Of a stretch of DNA of 64,000 nt, positions 39,032-46,931 are shown piece by piece. Each line of letters starts with the position of its first letter. The stretch's first letter is position 1. The DNA lies in NCBI GenBank assembly GCA_946554525.1, contig CAMNSE010000001.1, positions 21,942 to 85,941 of the forward strand, read 5' to 3'. The DNA comes from an uncultured Mycoplasma sp. GTDB lineage: Bacteria > Bacillota_I > Bacilli_A > RF39 > UBA660. The position numbers and the translations under genes were made by a program. Below the pieces are notes generated by a model. The model was not told where the DNA came from. It made no database searches and saw only the letters and a list, made by a program, of their open reading frames with translations.

Positions 39032-39060
39032 ATTATACACCTATTATTAGCACTTGTCAA
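39032..39060 (-). promoter_or_regulatory. Consensus sigma-A promoter of clpB
   Basis: Minus strand TTGACA (39060-39055), 17-nt spacer, TG-T-ATAAT context GTGTATAAT (-10 at 39037-39032). Confidence 0.7.
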
Positions 39061-39073
39061 CACCAAGTGCTAA
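39047..39073. promoter_or_regulatory. CIRCE-type inverted repeat (HrcA operator) overlapping the clpB -35
   Basis: TTAGCACTT-GTCAACACC-AAGTGCTAA, versus the consensus TTAGCACTC-N9-GAGTGCTAA. There is one compensated change per arm. Confidence 0.75.
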
Positions 39074-39129
39074 TAAGTAATCAAAGATAAAGACTATACT
39101 GTTTATAGTCTTATAATGCTTAATAATTA

Positions 39130-39855
39130 TTATTTTATAATAGAATCTAAAGCAAGTGTTATCATATCATTTAAGTTGGTTTCTCGCTCTTCAGGTGTTA
39201 AAACAACCTCTGAAAATTTCGAATCTACAACTGTCATTAATGTTGTTGCCTCAATTCCCATTTCATTTGCCACATGAATTAAGCCAAATGCTTCCATCTC
39301 TTCAGCAAGTATTTCATATTCATCAGGGATTCTACTAAGAACTCTTTCAAAATCGATATATGGTCCAAATACATCCATCGTTGTAGTTATTCCATAATGA
39401 ACTTTTTTGTTTTGTTCGTCTGCTGTCTTTAATATTTCTTTGTTTAGTTTTTCATTTGCATCAACTAAATTTCCTATATAATTACTATAAGTATAAGCAA
39501 AATTCGATTCAGAATAAACTGACTTTGTTAATATTACATCACCTATATTTGCTTTAGGACTAACTGCTCCACAAGAGCCAATACGGATAATTTTTTTGAC
39601 ATTAAAATAATGGATAAGTTCAAATACATAAATACTAGCGCTAGGCATTCCCATACCACTAGCCATAACAGTTACTTTCTTTCCATTATATTCACCAGTA
39701 TATCCACTCATATTGCGGATATTAGTTACAAGTTTTGCGTTATTTAAAAACCTCTCTGCAATATATTTAGCACGTAATGGATCTCCAGGCATTAATACTA
39801 CCTCGGCAATATCAGCATTTGCTTCAATATGAATTGGGGTATCACCTATGAACAC
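39130..39855 (-). CDS. deoD: Purine nucleoside phosphorylase DeoD type
   Basis: TPIHIEANADIAEVVLMPGDPLRAKYIAERFL closely parallels the DeoD N-terminus. I prefer the GTG at 39855 after AGAGGTGG; the track start is 39864. Confidence 0.9.
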   Translation of the reverse strand: MFIGDTPIHIEANADIAEVVLMPGDPLRAKYIAERFLNNAKLVTNIRNMSGYTGEYNGKKVTVMASGMGMPSASIYVFELIHYFNVKKIIRIGSCGAVSPKANIGDVILTKSVYSESNFAYTYSNYIGNLVDANEKLNKEILKTADEQNKKVHYGITTTMDVFGPYIDFERVLSRIPDEYEILAEEMEAFGLIHVANEMGIEATTLMTVVDSKFSEVVLTPEERETNLNDMITLALDSIIK

Positions 39856-39897
39856 TCTAACCACCTCTTTATTATAATATTAACATAATTTAAGTAA

Positions 39898-40431
39898 CTA
39901 TGAATGAATTTTAGAACGTATATGTAAAGTTTTTGACATTGTATAAACCCTATTTCTAGATTCTGGCGAGTTTAGTTCATCAAGATACGAAGAGAAAAAG
40001 TTTCCTTCATCACCACCCAGTAAATTCATTAAATTTTTTTTCATATCATAAGGCAGCGCAAGATTTGTAATTAGTTTGTAAAAGTTAGAAGACCTTTTTT
40101 CATATAAACTTATGAAATCAAAATTATATAAATAGCTTAAATATATAAAATAACTTCTTACTTTTAAATCATTTTCTGCTTGAATTATTTTATGAAATAC
40201 TGGAACATCTAAGTAATATGCATGTGTTAATTTACAATCCTCTAAGCCCAAACTATATATTGTAAGCCCACGTTCTAAGAGTTTTTTAATATCTTGATCA
40301 AACAAAGCTATTTGTAAAAGTTTTAACCTTGTTTTTATAAGCCTTCTTTCTTCTATAATTTCTCTAAAGTCCGTTAAATAATTTGTGCTATCTTTGTTAT
40401 TAGAAATAACTTGTAAATTTAGTTCTGTCAT
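39898..40431 (-). CDS. Hypothetical protein
   Basis: 177-aa ORF with an AGAGAGG SD. No motif recognised. Confidence 0.5.
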   Translation of the reverse strand: MTELNLQVISNNKDSTNYLTDFREIIEERRLIKTRLKLLQIALFDQDIKKLLERGLTIYSLGLEDCKLTHAYYLDVPVFHKIIQAENDLKVRSYFIYLSYLYNFDFISLYEKRSSNFYKLITNLALPYDMKKNLMNLLGGDEGNFFSSYLDELNSPESRNRVYTMSKTLHIRSKIHS

Positions 40432-40477
40432 ATAAAAAGCCTCTCTTTTCTATAAGAGAAGCATATGATTGTTTTGT

Positions 40478-41710
40478 TTATTTATGCATTAAATTTTCTT
40501 CTATTTTCATTAAACGATTATATTTAGCAATTCTCTCTCCTCTAGACATAGATCCAGTTTTGATATATGGCAAAGATAACCCTACTGCAAAATCCGCTAT
40601 AAATGTATCTTCAGTCTCTCCACTTCTATGAGAAATAATCATTTTATAATTGTTTTTTCTAGCCAGTAAAATTGTTTTAATCATTTCGGTTACGGTTCCA
40701 ATTTGGTTTGCTTTCAAAAGAATTGCATTACCAGCGTCTAAGTTTATGCCTTTTTGTAAATATTTTATATTAGTAACAAAATAGTCATCCCCCACTATCA
40801 TAACTTTTTCACCTATTAATTTAGTTAATACCGCTAAAGATTCAAAGTCATCTTCAAAAAAAGGATCTTCAATACTTAATATTGGATATTTATTTACTAA
40901 CTCCATATAATATTTAATTAATTCATCACTTGTTAGTTCGTTATGATCAATATGATATTTCTTAGTCTCTTCATCGTATATTTCACTTGCAGCCACGTCA
41001 AGAGCAATAAAAACGTCTTTTCCAGGAGTATATCCCGCTTCTTTAATAGAGAGCATTATAAGGTCTAATGCTAAACTGTTATATTCAAGGTTTGGAGCAA
41101 AACCGCCTTCATCGCCTACAGCTGTGTTTAAATTTTGCTTCTTCAAAATGTTCTTTAAGCTTTGAAATATTTCACTTGCTACTCTTACTCTTTCTTTAAT
41201 AGTTTTCACTACTGGAACAATCATAAATTCTTGAATGTCTAAGCTATTATCAGCATGACGACCTCCATTTATAATATTAACCATTGGAATGGGAATACTA
41301 ACACGTCCACTAGAAAGATACTCATATAATTCTTTATTTTCTAAACTAGCCGATGCTTTAATACAAGCAAGAGATACAGCCAATGTGGCATTTGCTCCTA
41401 ACCCGCTCTTATTTTCTGTACCATCAAGCTCAATTAATAATTTATCAATTGATACTTGTTCTAATTCATGACCCACTAAGTGCTCTTTTATTGTTGTATT
41501 TATGTTTTCTACAGCTTTTAAAACACCTTTTCCTAAATATCTTCCAGAGTCTCCATCACGAAGTTCCAAAGCTTCTTTAGAACCTGTAGAAGCTCCACTT
41601 GGAACAGACGCAACACTTTTTATTCCATTTTCTAAAGTTACTTCTGCTTCAACTGTAGGATTTCCTCTACTATCTAATATTTCTCTTCCTACTAAATTAA
41701 TTATTTTCAT
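40478..41710 (-). CDS. eno: Enolase
   Basis: MKIINLVGREILDSRGNPTVEAEV and SHRSGETEDTFIADFAVG. ATG at 41710. Confidence 0.95.
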   Translation of the reverse strand: MKIINLVGREILDSRGNPTVEAEVTLENGIKSVASVPSGASTGSKEALELRDGDSGRYLGKGVLKAVENINTTIKEHLVGHELEQVSIDKLLIELDGTENKSGLGANATLAVSLACIKASASLENKELYEYLSSGRVSIPIPMVNIINGGRHADNSLDIQEFMIVPVVKTIKERVRVASEIFQSLKNILKKQNLNTAVGDEGGFAPNLEYNSLALDLIMLSIKEAGYTPGKDVFIALDVAASEIYDEETKKYHIDHNELTSDELIKYYMELVNKYPILSIEDPFFEDDFESLAVLTKLIGEKVMIVGDDYFVTNIKYLQKGINLDAGNAILLKANQIGTVTEMIKTILLARKNNYKMIISHRSGETEDTFIADFAVGLSLPYIKTGSMSRGERIAKYNRLMKIEENLMHK

Positions 41711-41857
41711 TCTAGTCACCACTTCTTTATTTTAAGTATACCAAAAAATAAGTGAATTTATCAATTTATTTTTATAGATATTAATTATTTTACGTAAAAA
41801 AGTATTTATATAGACACTTCCATATATTTTTGATACAATTGAAGCATGGTGAATAAA

Positions 41858-42829
41858 ATGAAAAATGCAAATTATTTTACAGTTAATATAGATAATTTAA
41901 TTGCAAATATAAATATAGTAAAAAAAGATTACCAATATTCTAACTATATTTTAGATGTTAGTAATGATGCTTTTTACCGTGATATGAAGATTGTCCCTTA
42001 TATTGAAAATGAGTTTAATTATTTATATGTCCATGACCTACAAGATGTTTTAAAAATAAGAAAATATAATAAAATAATTCCTATAATTTATGATGGTATA
42101 ATTTATGAAGATAATATTTATGATTTAATTGTTAATAATACAATTATTATCTTAAAAACGCTTAAAACTTTAGATGAATTACTTAAATATAACATTAAAG
42201 ATAGCTTAGATATTGTTTTAAATATTGACGTTTCTGGATATAATGGTTTTGATAAAAAAGAAGATATTTTATACATTGTAGAAGAAATAAAGAAAAATAA
42301 ATATTTAAAGATAATAGGTGTTAAGTCAATTATCACCGAGGATACTTATCAAAGTTTTAAACATATTGTTAATCCTTTAAAAAACTTAGATTTAGTAATT
42401 TTAAATCATGAACAAGATAAGAATAAAATTAAGGGTTCTAATGCAATTAAACTAAGTTCTTCTATTTATGGAGATAATAACATTAAAAAATCACTATTTA
42501 AAAAAGATAATACTAAATTATTACCAACTCTTTCTTTAAATTCAACTATCATTGATATAAAAAGAAAAATGAAAAGTAAAAAGGAAACTTTTATTGGCAT
42601 AATACCTATTGGTACTATACATGGTTTAAATAAAGAAACTAATAAAGTACAAATTAATAATCATTATTTTACAGTAAAAGAAATATTAGAAAATTATAGT
42701 TTAATTGGTGTTGATGACAATGTTAAAATTGGTGATAATGTCTCATTATTAATTAATAATTATCAAGCTATAAGCAAAAATATTCCAATTATTCTTGAAT
42801 GTAAAAACAAAGAGCAAGTTTATAATTAA
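41858..42829 (+). CDS. Alanine-racemase-fold protein with substituted catalytic residues (probable pseudoenzyme)
   Basis: Colinear with Alr. ILDVSNDAFYRD sits where Alr has AVVKANAYGHG. IVLNIDVSGYNGF sits where Alr has hLKhDTGMGRLG. IPIGTIHG sits where Alr has IPIGYADG. ATG at 41858 after GGTGA. Confidence 0.6.
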   Translation: MKNANYFTVNIDNLIANINIVKKDYQYSNYILDVSNDAFYRDMKIVPYIENEFNYLYVHDLQDVLKIRKYNKIIPIIYDGIIYEDNIYDLIVNNTIIILKTLKTLDELLKYNIKDSLDIVLNIDVSGYNGFDKKEDILYIVEEIKKNKYLKIIGVKSIITEDTYQSFKHIVNPLKNLDLVILNHEQDKNKIKGSNAIKLSSSIYGDNNIKKSLFKKDNTKLLPTLSLNSTIIDIKRKMKSKKETFIGIIPIGTIHGLNKETNKVQINNHYFTVKEILENYSLIGVDDNVKIGDNVSLLINNYQAISKNIPIILECKNKEQVYN

Positions 42830-42886
42830 ACTTGCTCTTTAAAAATATTATAGCTATTTTTAATCTGTAAGATAAATTTAAATATG

Positions 42887-43447
42887 TTAATTTATCTTTT
42901 CTCTTAACCATATGGCGTATGGCTCCACTAAATCTGCTACATAAACATTAATTCCACAACCAGACGTTTTTTTATTATATTTGCCAAAGCATTTATTAAC
43001 TCTAAATACCAAGCCTTGGCTTAATGGTTTTCCATCATTTTTCCCACCAACAACCACAAAATCATCAAGTCTAAATCCTTCTACTTTTCGTATATTACTA
43101 GCAACGAATGAAAATTGAGCGCCTTGTAATTGAACTGGTGCCTTAAATTTTCTATATAATTTATTATCAACAGAATATTCTTCAATAAAACCAATTTCAG
43201 AATTATAAGAGCTTTTTGTTTCAATTAATACAATTTTAGGCGTGTGCCCTTTTTTGACAGATTCTTTGCAAAATTGTTGTGCTAAAAGTGGTCTACAAAA
43301 AACTCCTGAATATCCCCAATAATGTACTCCATTTCTTTTTTCTTCTTCATTTTTTGAATCTATGATTTGCTTTAAATTCATTCCACTATGAGGTCCAACT
43401 TTCATTACAATAATTTCATCAAAATGTTCTATAGTTTTATTAGACAA
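42887..43447 (-). CDS. Hypothetical protein (orphan)
   Basis: 186-aa ORF with a TTG start after GGAAGGTGA. Conserved-looking patch GVHYWGYSGVFCRP. No family recognised. Confidence 0.5.
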   Translation of the reverse strand: MSNKTIEHFDEIIVMKVGPHSGMNLKQIIDSKNEEEKRNGVHYWGYSGVFCRPLLAQQFCKESVKKGHTPKIVLIETKSSYNSEIGFIEEYSVDNKLYRKFKAPVQLQGAQFSFVASNIRKVEGFRLDDFVVVGGKNDGKPLSQGLVFRVNKCFGKYNKKTSGCGINVYVADLVEPYAIWLREKIN

Positions 43448-43770
43448 TTATATCACCTTCCTGGTAAATTGGTGTTTAAGACATAGCATATCTCCTAATA
43501 AATATTATAATACTTTTTATAATTATTTTAAAGATTGCAATGTATATTTTTCTAAATCTTTCAAAGAATTTGGCCTACTTAAACATTAATATAGATATTT
43601 CCAATATACTGTGAAGCACTATATAGACAATATTGATATTTGTTAAACTAGTAGTACTCCCAGCTTCTATCTTTCCTTCATTATTAAATTTTTTCTACTA
43701 TTGCATAGCTATCAAACTTCTTTCAAAACAAACAAAAAAGGATAATCGAAATTAATCTTTATATTTTGAA

Positions 43771-43788
43771 AGTCGAATTAATTCGACT
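43771..43788. repeat. 18-bp perfect palindrome in the long intergenic region
   Basis: AGTCGAATTAATTCGACT. A related half-site, ATCGAAATTAAT, lies at about 43745-43756. Confidence 0.9.
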
Positions 43789-43893
43789 AATTTCCTTATG
43801 ATGGCTTGAGAGAGAGAAGCGCAATAACTTTTTATTGTTTATAACTAATAGTGAATATAAATTTTTTAAATAAGTGTTAAAAAACAAAATTTA

Positions 43894-43902
43894 TGCTATA
43901 AT
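43894..43902 (+). promoter_or_regulatory. Extended -10 element upstream of the 216-aa orphan gene
   Basis: TGCTATAAT lies 26 nt upstream of the ATG at 43928. AAGGAGG SD at 43911-43917. Confidence 0.5.
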
Positions 43903-43927
43903 ATGTAATCAAGGAGGTTTCTTAACT

Positions 43928-44578
43928 ATGAAAAATATAAAAAACACTTTACAAAGACATAAATGCTGGTTAGTTCAAGCCGGTGTATTTAAACATGATA
44001 TTGAAGAAATTACAGGAAGAAAATCAATAATTGACTTAAATTATATGGGGTCTGCAGAATTTGAATGGGGCGCATTACCTCAATCAACGAAAAGAATGTT
44101 AACTAATATTGACTTTTATGATGTATTTACTTTTCCTCAATATGTAAATGCTCAAGGTGAACAGTTAATGGTATATGCTCCAAAAATGTTTATAGAGCAT
44201 ATATCAGAAATTGTAGAAGAATTAGCAACTGGTAACTGTCGTTTAAAAGAAATCTGTACTCTTCCAAAATATTTAAAAGGCGAAAAAACTTATCATTATG
44301 CAGATTTTTGGTGGGACATTGAAAATGATTTCTATATTTTCTTTGGTGAACAAAAAAGAGATTTGGTGTTAGCAGCACAAAACGCAATGAGAGAAAGAAG
44401 CATTGGTGAAGTAGAAGTTGGGGATTGGGATAACTTATCAGAATATTATTCTCTTGTTAATCCAGATTTGAATGATGAGGCAAAAGAATTTTTAAGACCT
44501 AAAAAAGCTAACTTAGTAAAACGTTTAGTAAGAGCATTAAATAATAAAATGGAGCAAGATAAAAATCATACTAGCTAA
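43928..44578 (+). CDS. Hypothetical protein (orphan)
   Basis: 216 aa counted from the ATG at 43928 after AAGGAGG. Patches YMGSAEFEWGALPQS and YHYADFWWDIENDFYIFFG. No family recognised. Confidence 0.55.
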   Translation: MKNIKNTLQRHKCWLVQAGVFKHDIEEITGRKSIIDLNYMGSAEFEWGALPQSTKRMLTNIDFYDVFTFPQYVNAQGEQLMVYAPKMFIEHISEIVEELATGNCRLKEICTLPKYLKGEKTYHYADFWWDIENDFYIFFGEQKRDLVLAAQNAMRERSIGEVEVGDWDNLSEYYSLVNPDLNDEAKEFLRPKKANLVKRLVRALNNKMEQDKNHTS

Positions 44579-44649
44579 TTATAAGCTAAAATATTACACA
44601 CAATATTGGCTATGTCATTATGCAAGTGTACCTTTTAAATTGGCAAAAT

Positions 44650-44686
44650 AAAACTACTTTCAAAAATAAATTGAAAGTAGTTTTTT
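44650..44686. terminator. Bidirectional terminator between the orphan gene and the tRNA operon
   Basis: AAAACTACTTTCAA-AAATAAA-TTGAAAGTAGTTTT, a 14-bp stem with T-runs on both strands. Confidence 0.75.
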
Positions 44687-44720
44687 ATTATCACCCGAAA
44701 GTTCGAGTTTAATATCAATC

Positions 44721-44796
44721 TGGTGGCTCGCGAGAGATTCGAACTCTCGACCCTTTGATTAAAAGTCAAATGCTCTACCTACTGAGCTAGCGAACC
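44721..44796 (-). tRNA. tRNA-Lys (anticodon UUU), CCA encoded
   Basis: Reverse complement GGTTCGCTAGCTCAGTAGGTAGAGCATTTGACTTTTAATCAAAGGGTCGAGAGTTCGAATCTCTCGCGAGCCACCA. Anticodon loop CTTTTAA. Confidence 0.9.
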
Positions 44797-44801
44797 AAGA
44801 A

Positions 44802-44877
44802 TGGCTGCCTCGGCTGGGTTCGAACCAGCGGAATGTCAGAGTCAAAGTCTGATGCCTTACCACTTGGCTACGAGGCA
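44802..44877 (-). tRNA. tRNA-Gln (anticodon UUG), CCA encoded
   Basis: Reverse complement TGCCTCGTAGCCAAGTGGTAAGGCATCAGACTTTGACTCTGA...GGTTCGAACCCAGCCGAGGCAGCCA. U1-A72 pair and anticodon loop CTTTGAC. Confidence 0.88.
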
Positions 44878-44889
44878 ATAATTAAAAAG

Positions 44890-44973
44890 TGGTGGGGAGA
44901 CATGGATTTGAACCATGGAACCCGAAGGAACAGATTTACAGTCTGCCGCGTTTGACCACTTCGCTATCTCCCC
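44890..44973 (-). tRNA. tRNA-Tyr (anticodon GUA), long variable arm, CCA encoded
   Basis: Reverse complement GGGGAGATAGCGAAGTGGTCAAACGCGGCAGACTGTAAATCTGTTCCTTCGGGTTCCATGGTTCAAATCCATGTCTCCCCACCA. Confidence 0.9.
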
Positions 44974-44981
44974 GCAAAAAA

Positions 44982-45057
44982 TGGTGCCGACTGAGGGAAT
45001 CGAACCCCCAACCTACTGATTACAAGTCAGTTGCGCTACCTATTACGCTAAGTCGGC
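44982..45057 (-). tRNA. tRNA-Thr (anticodon UGU), CCA encoded
   Basis: Reverse complement GCCGACTTAGCGTAATAGGTAGCGCAACTGACTTGTAATCAGTAGGTTGGGGGTTCGATTCCCTCAGTCGGCACCA. Confidence 0.9.
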
Positions 45058-45070
45058 AAAAAAAATAAAA

Positions 45071-45147
45071 TGGTGGACGCTATAGGACTCGAACCTATGA
45101 CCCCCTGCTTGTAAGGCAGGTGCTCTAACCAACTGAGCTAAGCGTCC
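45071..45147 (-). tRNA. tRNA-Val (anticodon UAC), CCA encoded
   Basis: Reverse complement GGACGCTTAGCTCAGTTGGTTAGAGCACCTGCCTTACAAGCAGGGGGTCATAGGTTCGAGTCCTATAGCGTCCACCA. Confidence 0.9.
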
Positions 45148-45169
45148 AAAAAACCTTTGGACATGATTA

Positions 45170-45198
45170 AATATATCATTAATAGCGAAATATGTCAA
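45170..45198 (-). promoter_or_regulatory. Promoter of the five-tRNA operon
   Basis: Minus strand TTGACA, 17 nt, TATATT. It lies about 22 nt upstream of the tRNA-Val 5' end. Confidence 0.6.
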
Positions 45199-45273
45199 TA
45201 ACTTTTAACACCTTTTGCATTATTTTTTATTAAAACTAATCACATCCAATATATTATATGCTTTTAGAATATC

Positions 45274-46500
45274 TTATTGTTCTAATAAATCAGATATAGT
45301 ATTCATAATTGCTAATTTACCATAATTATAGGTAACACCACCCTGTTGATAAGCAATATAAGGTTCTCTAAGCGGTCCATCACAAGAAAGCTCAATAGAT
45401 GACCCTTGAGTAAATGATCCACTAGCCATAATTACCTCATCTTGGTATCCAGGCATAGGTGCTGGAATAGGCATACTTCCAGAGTCGATTGGTGAATTTT
45501 TTTGTATTCCTTGAACATAACGAACCAGTTTATCTCTGTTATTAAAAATAATAGATTCTACAATATCCGCACGTTCTTCATTATATTTTGGTTCAACATC
45601 ATATCCGAGTCTTTCCATCAAATAACTAGTTAAGATAGAAGTTTTAAGGCTACTAGCTACTACACTAGGTGCAAAATAAAGGCCTTGTAAAATACTTTTA
45701 TTAGCTCCTAAGCTTGGGCCTACATCAATGCCCTCACCAGGCAGATTAAGCCTCTCAGCGCATAATAGCACTAAATTTTCTTTACCACATATATATGCAC
45801 CATTTGATGTAATAGATCCTCCTAAATTTTTAATAAGGGATCCAACTATTATATCTGCATCTACCTCTAGCGGAGATGTTTTCTCTACAAATTCACAGTA
45901 ACAATTGTCTATCATGATAATAACTTCTTGATCAATCTTTCTAATTTCTTTAATTACTTCTTCTATTTCTTTTATTAATATGCTTTTTCTTGTAGAATAT
46001 CCTTTACTCCTTTGAATTTCAATTAATCTAATTTTTTTAGTTTTTAATGTTTCAATAATCCTTGATATGTCAAAATGGTTTTCTACTAAATCAATTTGTT
46101 CATAATTAATATTAAAGCTTTTTAAAGAACTAGGATTATCCTTAATTCCTATAACTTCATGTAAAGTATCATAAGGAAGTCCGGTGATGGATAGCATTGT
46201 ATCTCCTGGTCTTAAAAGAGCAAAAAGAGCAGTTGATAAAGCGTGAGAACCACTGATAAACTGGTTTCTAACCAAAGCTCTTTCACCTTTTAAAACAGAT
46301 GCATAAACTCTTTCTATTGCATCTCTTCCAATATCATTATAACCATATCCAGTTGTCATATTAAAATGATTTTCATTAATATTTTCTTCACGAAAAGCAT
46401 CTAAAACTAATTTACTAAAATAAAGTTCGTTTTCTTCAACGTTTTTAAATGAAGTTTCACATTCTTTTTCTGCATCGTTTACTAATTTTTTTATATCCAT
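45274..46500 (-). CDS. YnbB/aluminium-resistance-family PLP-dependent C-S lyase-like protein
   Basis: 408 aa. NMTTGYGYNDIGRDAIERVYA...ALVRNQFISGSHALS is typical of the methionine gamma-lyase-like YnbB family. Confidence 0.8.
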   Translation of the reverse strand: MDIKKLVNDAEKECETSFKNVEENELYFSKLVLDAFREENINENHFNMTTGYGYNDIGRDAIERVYASVLKGERALVRNQFISGSHALSTALFALLRPGDTMLSITGLPYDTLHEVIGIKDNPSSLKSFNINYEQIDLVENHFDISRIIETLKTKKIRLIEIQRSKGYSTRKSILIKEIEEVIKEIRKIDQEVIIMIDNCYCEFVEKTSPLEVDADIIVGSLIKNLGGSITSNGAYICGKENLVLLCAERLNLPGEGIDVGPSLGANKSILQGLYFAPSVVASSLKTSILTSYLMERLGYDVEPKYNEERADIVESIIFNNRDKLVRYVQGIQKNSPIDSGSMPIPAPMPGYQDEVIMASGSFTQGSSIELSCDGPLREPYIAYQQGGVTYNYGKLAIMNTISDLLEQ

Positions 46501-46931
46501 TATTTTCTACCTCTTTCTGGTAAACAATCTTTTAATATTTCGTAAAAATAGTCTATAATTTCAGAAGGATTATTGTTATCTACTATTGCTTTAGAACCAC
46601 TTACTTCTATTTGCATTCCAAAAGTTTTATATTTTAGAATTTTATCTTTCATATTTAATAAGTATTCATATTGCTTTTCACTTATACGTGTAGGAACGTA
46701 GCATATTATAATGTCATAAGATTCCGCATCATTACTAACCGTGTGAATTGTAACGTATCCTTCACTAACTAAAGCACTATTACTTGATTTATCTTTGCCA
46801 TTTTCTTCACACCATATATCTATTAAAGTTTTGTGATCATATTCCCACGAATCTTTAAAACTATATAATATATCTGAATCATTTTCATTTGGTAAAACCT
46901 CAATAGTTCGATATCTTAACTCTTTATTCAT
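46500..46931 (-). CDS. Hypothetical protein
   Basis: 143-aa ORF. It is translationally coupled on both sides (ATGA upstream, TAATG downstream). Confidence 0.5.
   Translation of the reverse strand: MNKELRYRTIEVLPNENDSDILYSFKDSWEYDHKTLIDIWCEENGKDKSSNSALVSEGYVTIHTVSNDAESYDIIICYVPTRISEKQYEYLLNMKDKILKYKTFGMQIEVSGSKAIVDNNNPSEIIDYFYEILKDCLPERGRK

Noticed and set aside
41289-41735. Three overlapping plus-strand ORFs inside eno
   Set aside because: They are antisense to a highly conserved enolase gene, mutually overlapping, and lack SDs.
43448-43770. Possible degraded gene, sRNA or attachment site in the left part of the 480-bp gap
   Set aside because: I found no frame longer than a few codons on either strand. 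There is no similarity to the adjacent tRNA 3' ends (no att-like direct repeat) and no convincing stem-loops. It stays unexplained, and it is covered under the orphan-pair finding.
43808-43817. GAGAGAGAGA dinucleotide run
   Set aside because: With only five units it is too short to argue for slippage-based regulation, and it is not positioned within a recognisable promoter spacer or ORF.
44190-44387. 65-aa minus-strand ORF inside the 216-aa orphan gene
   Set aside because: It is antisense, has no SD, and is shorter and less coherent than the plus-strand frame, which has AAGGAGG and a promoter.
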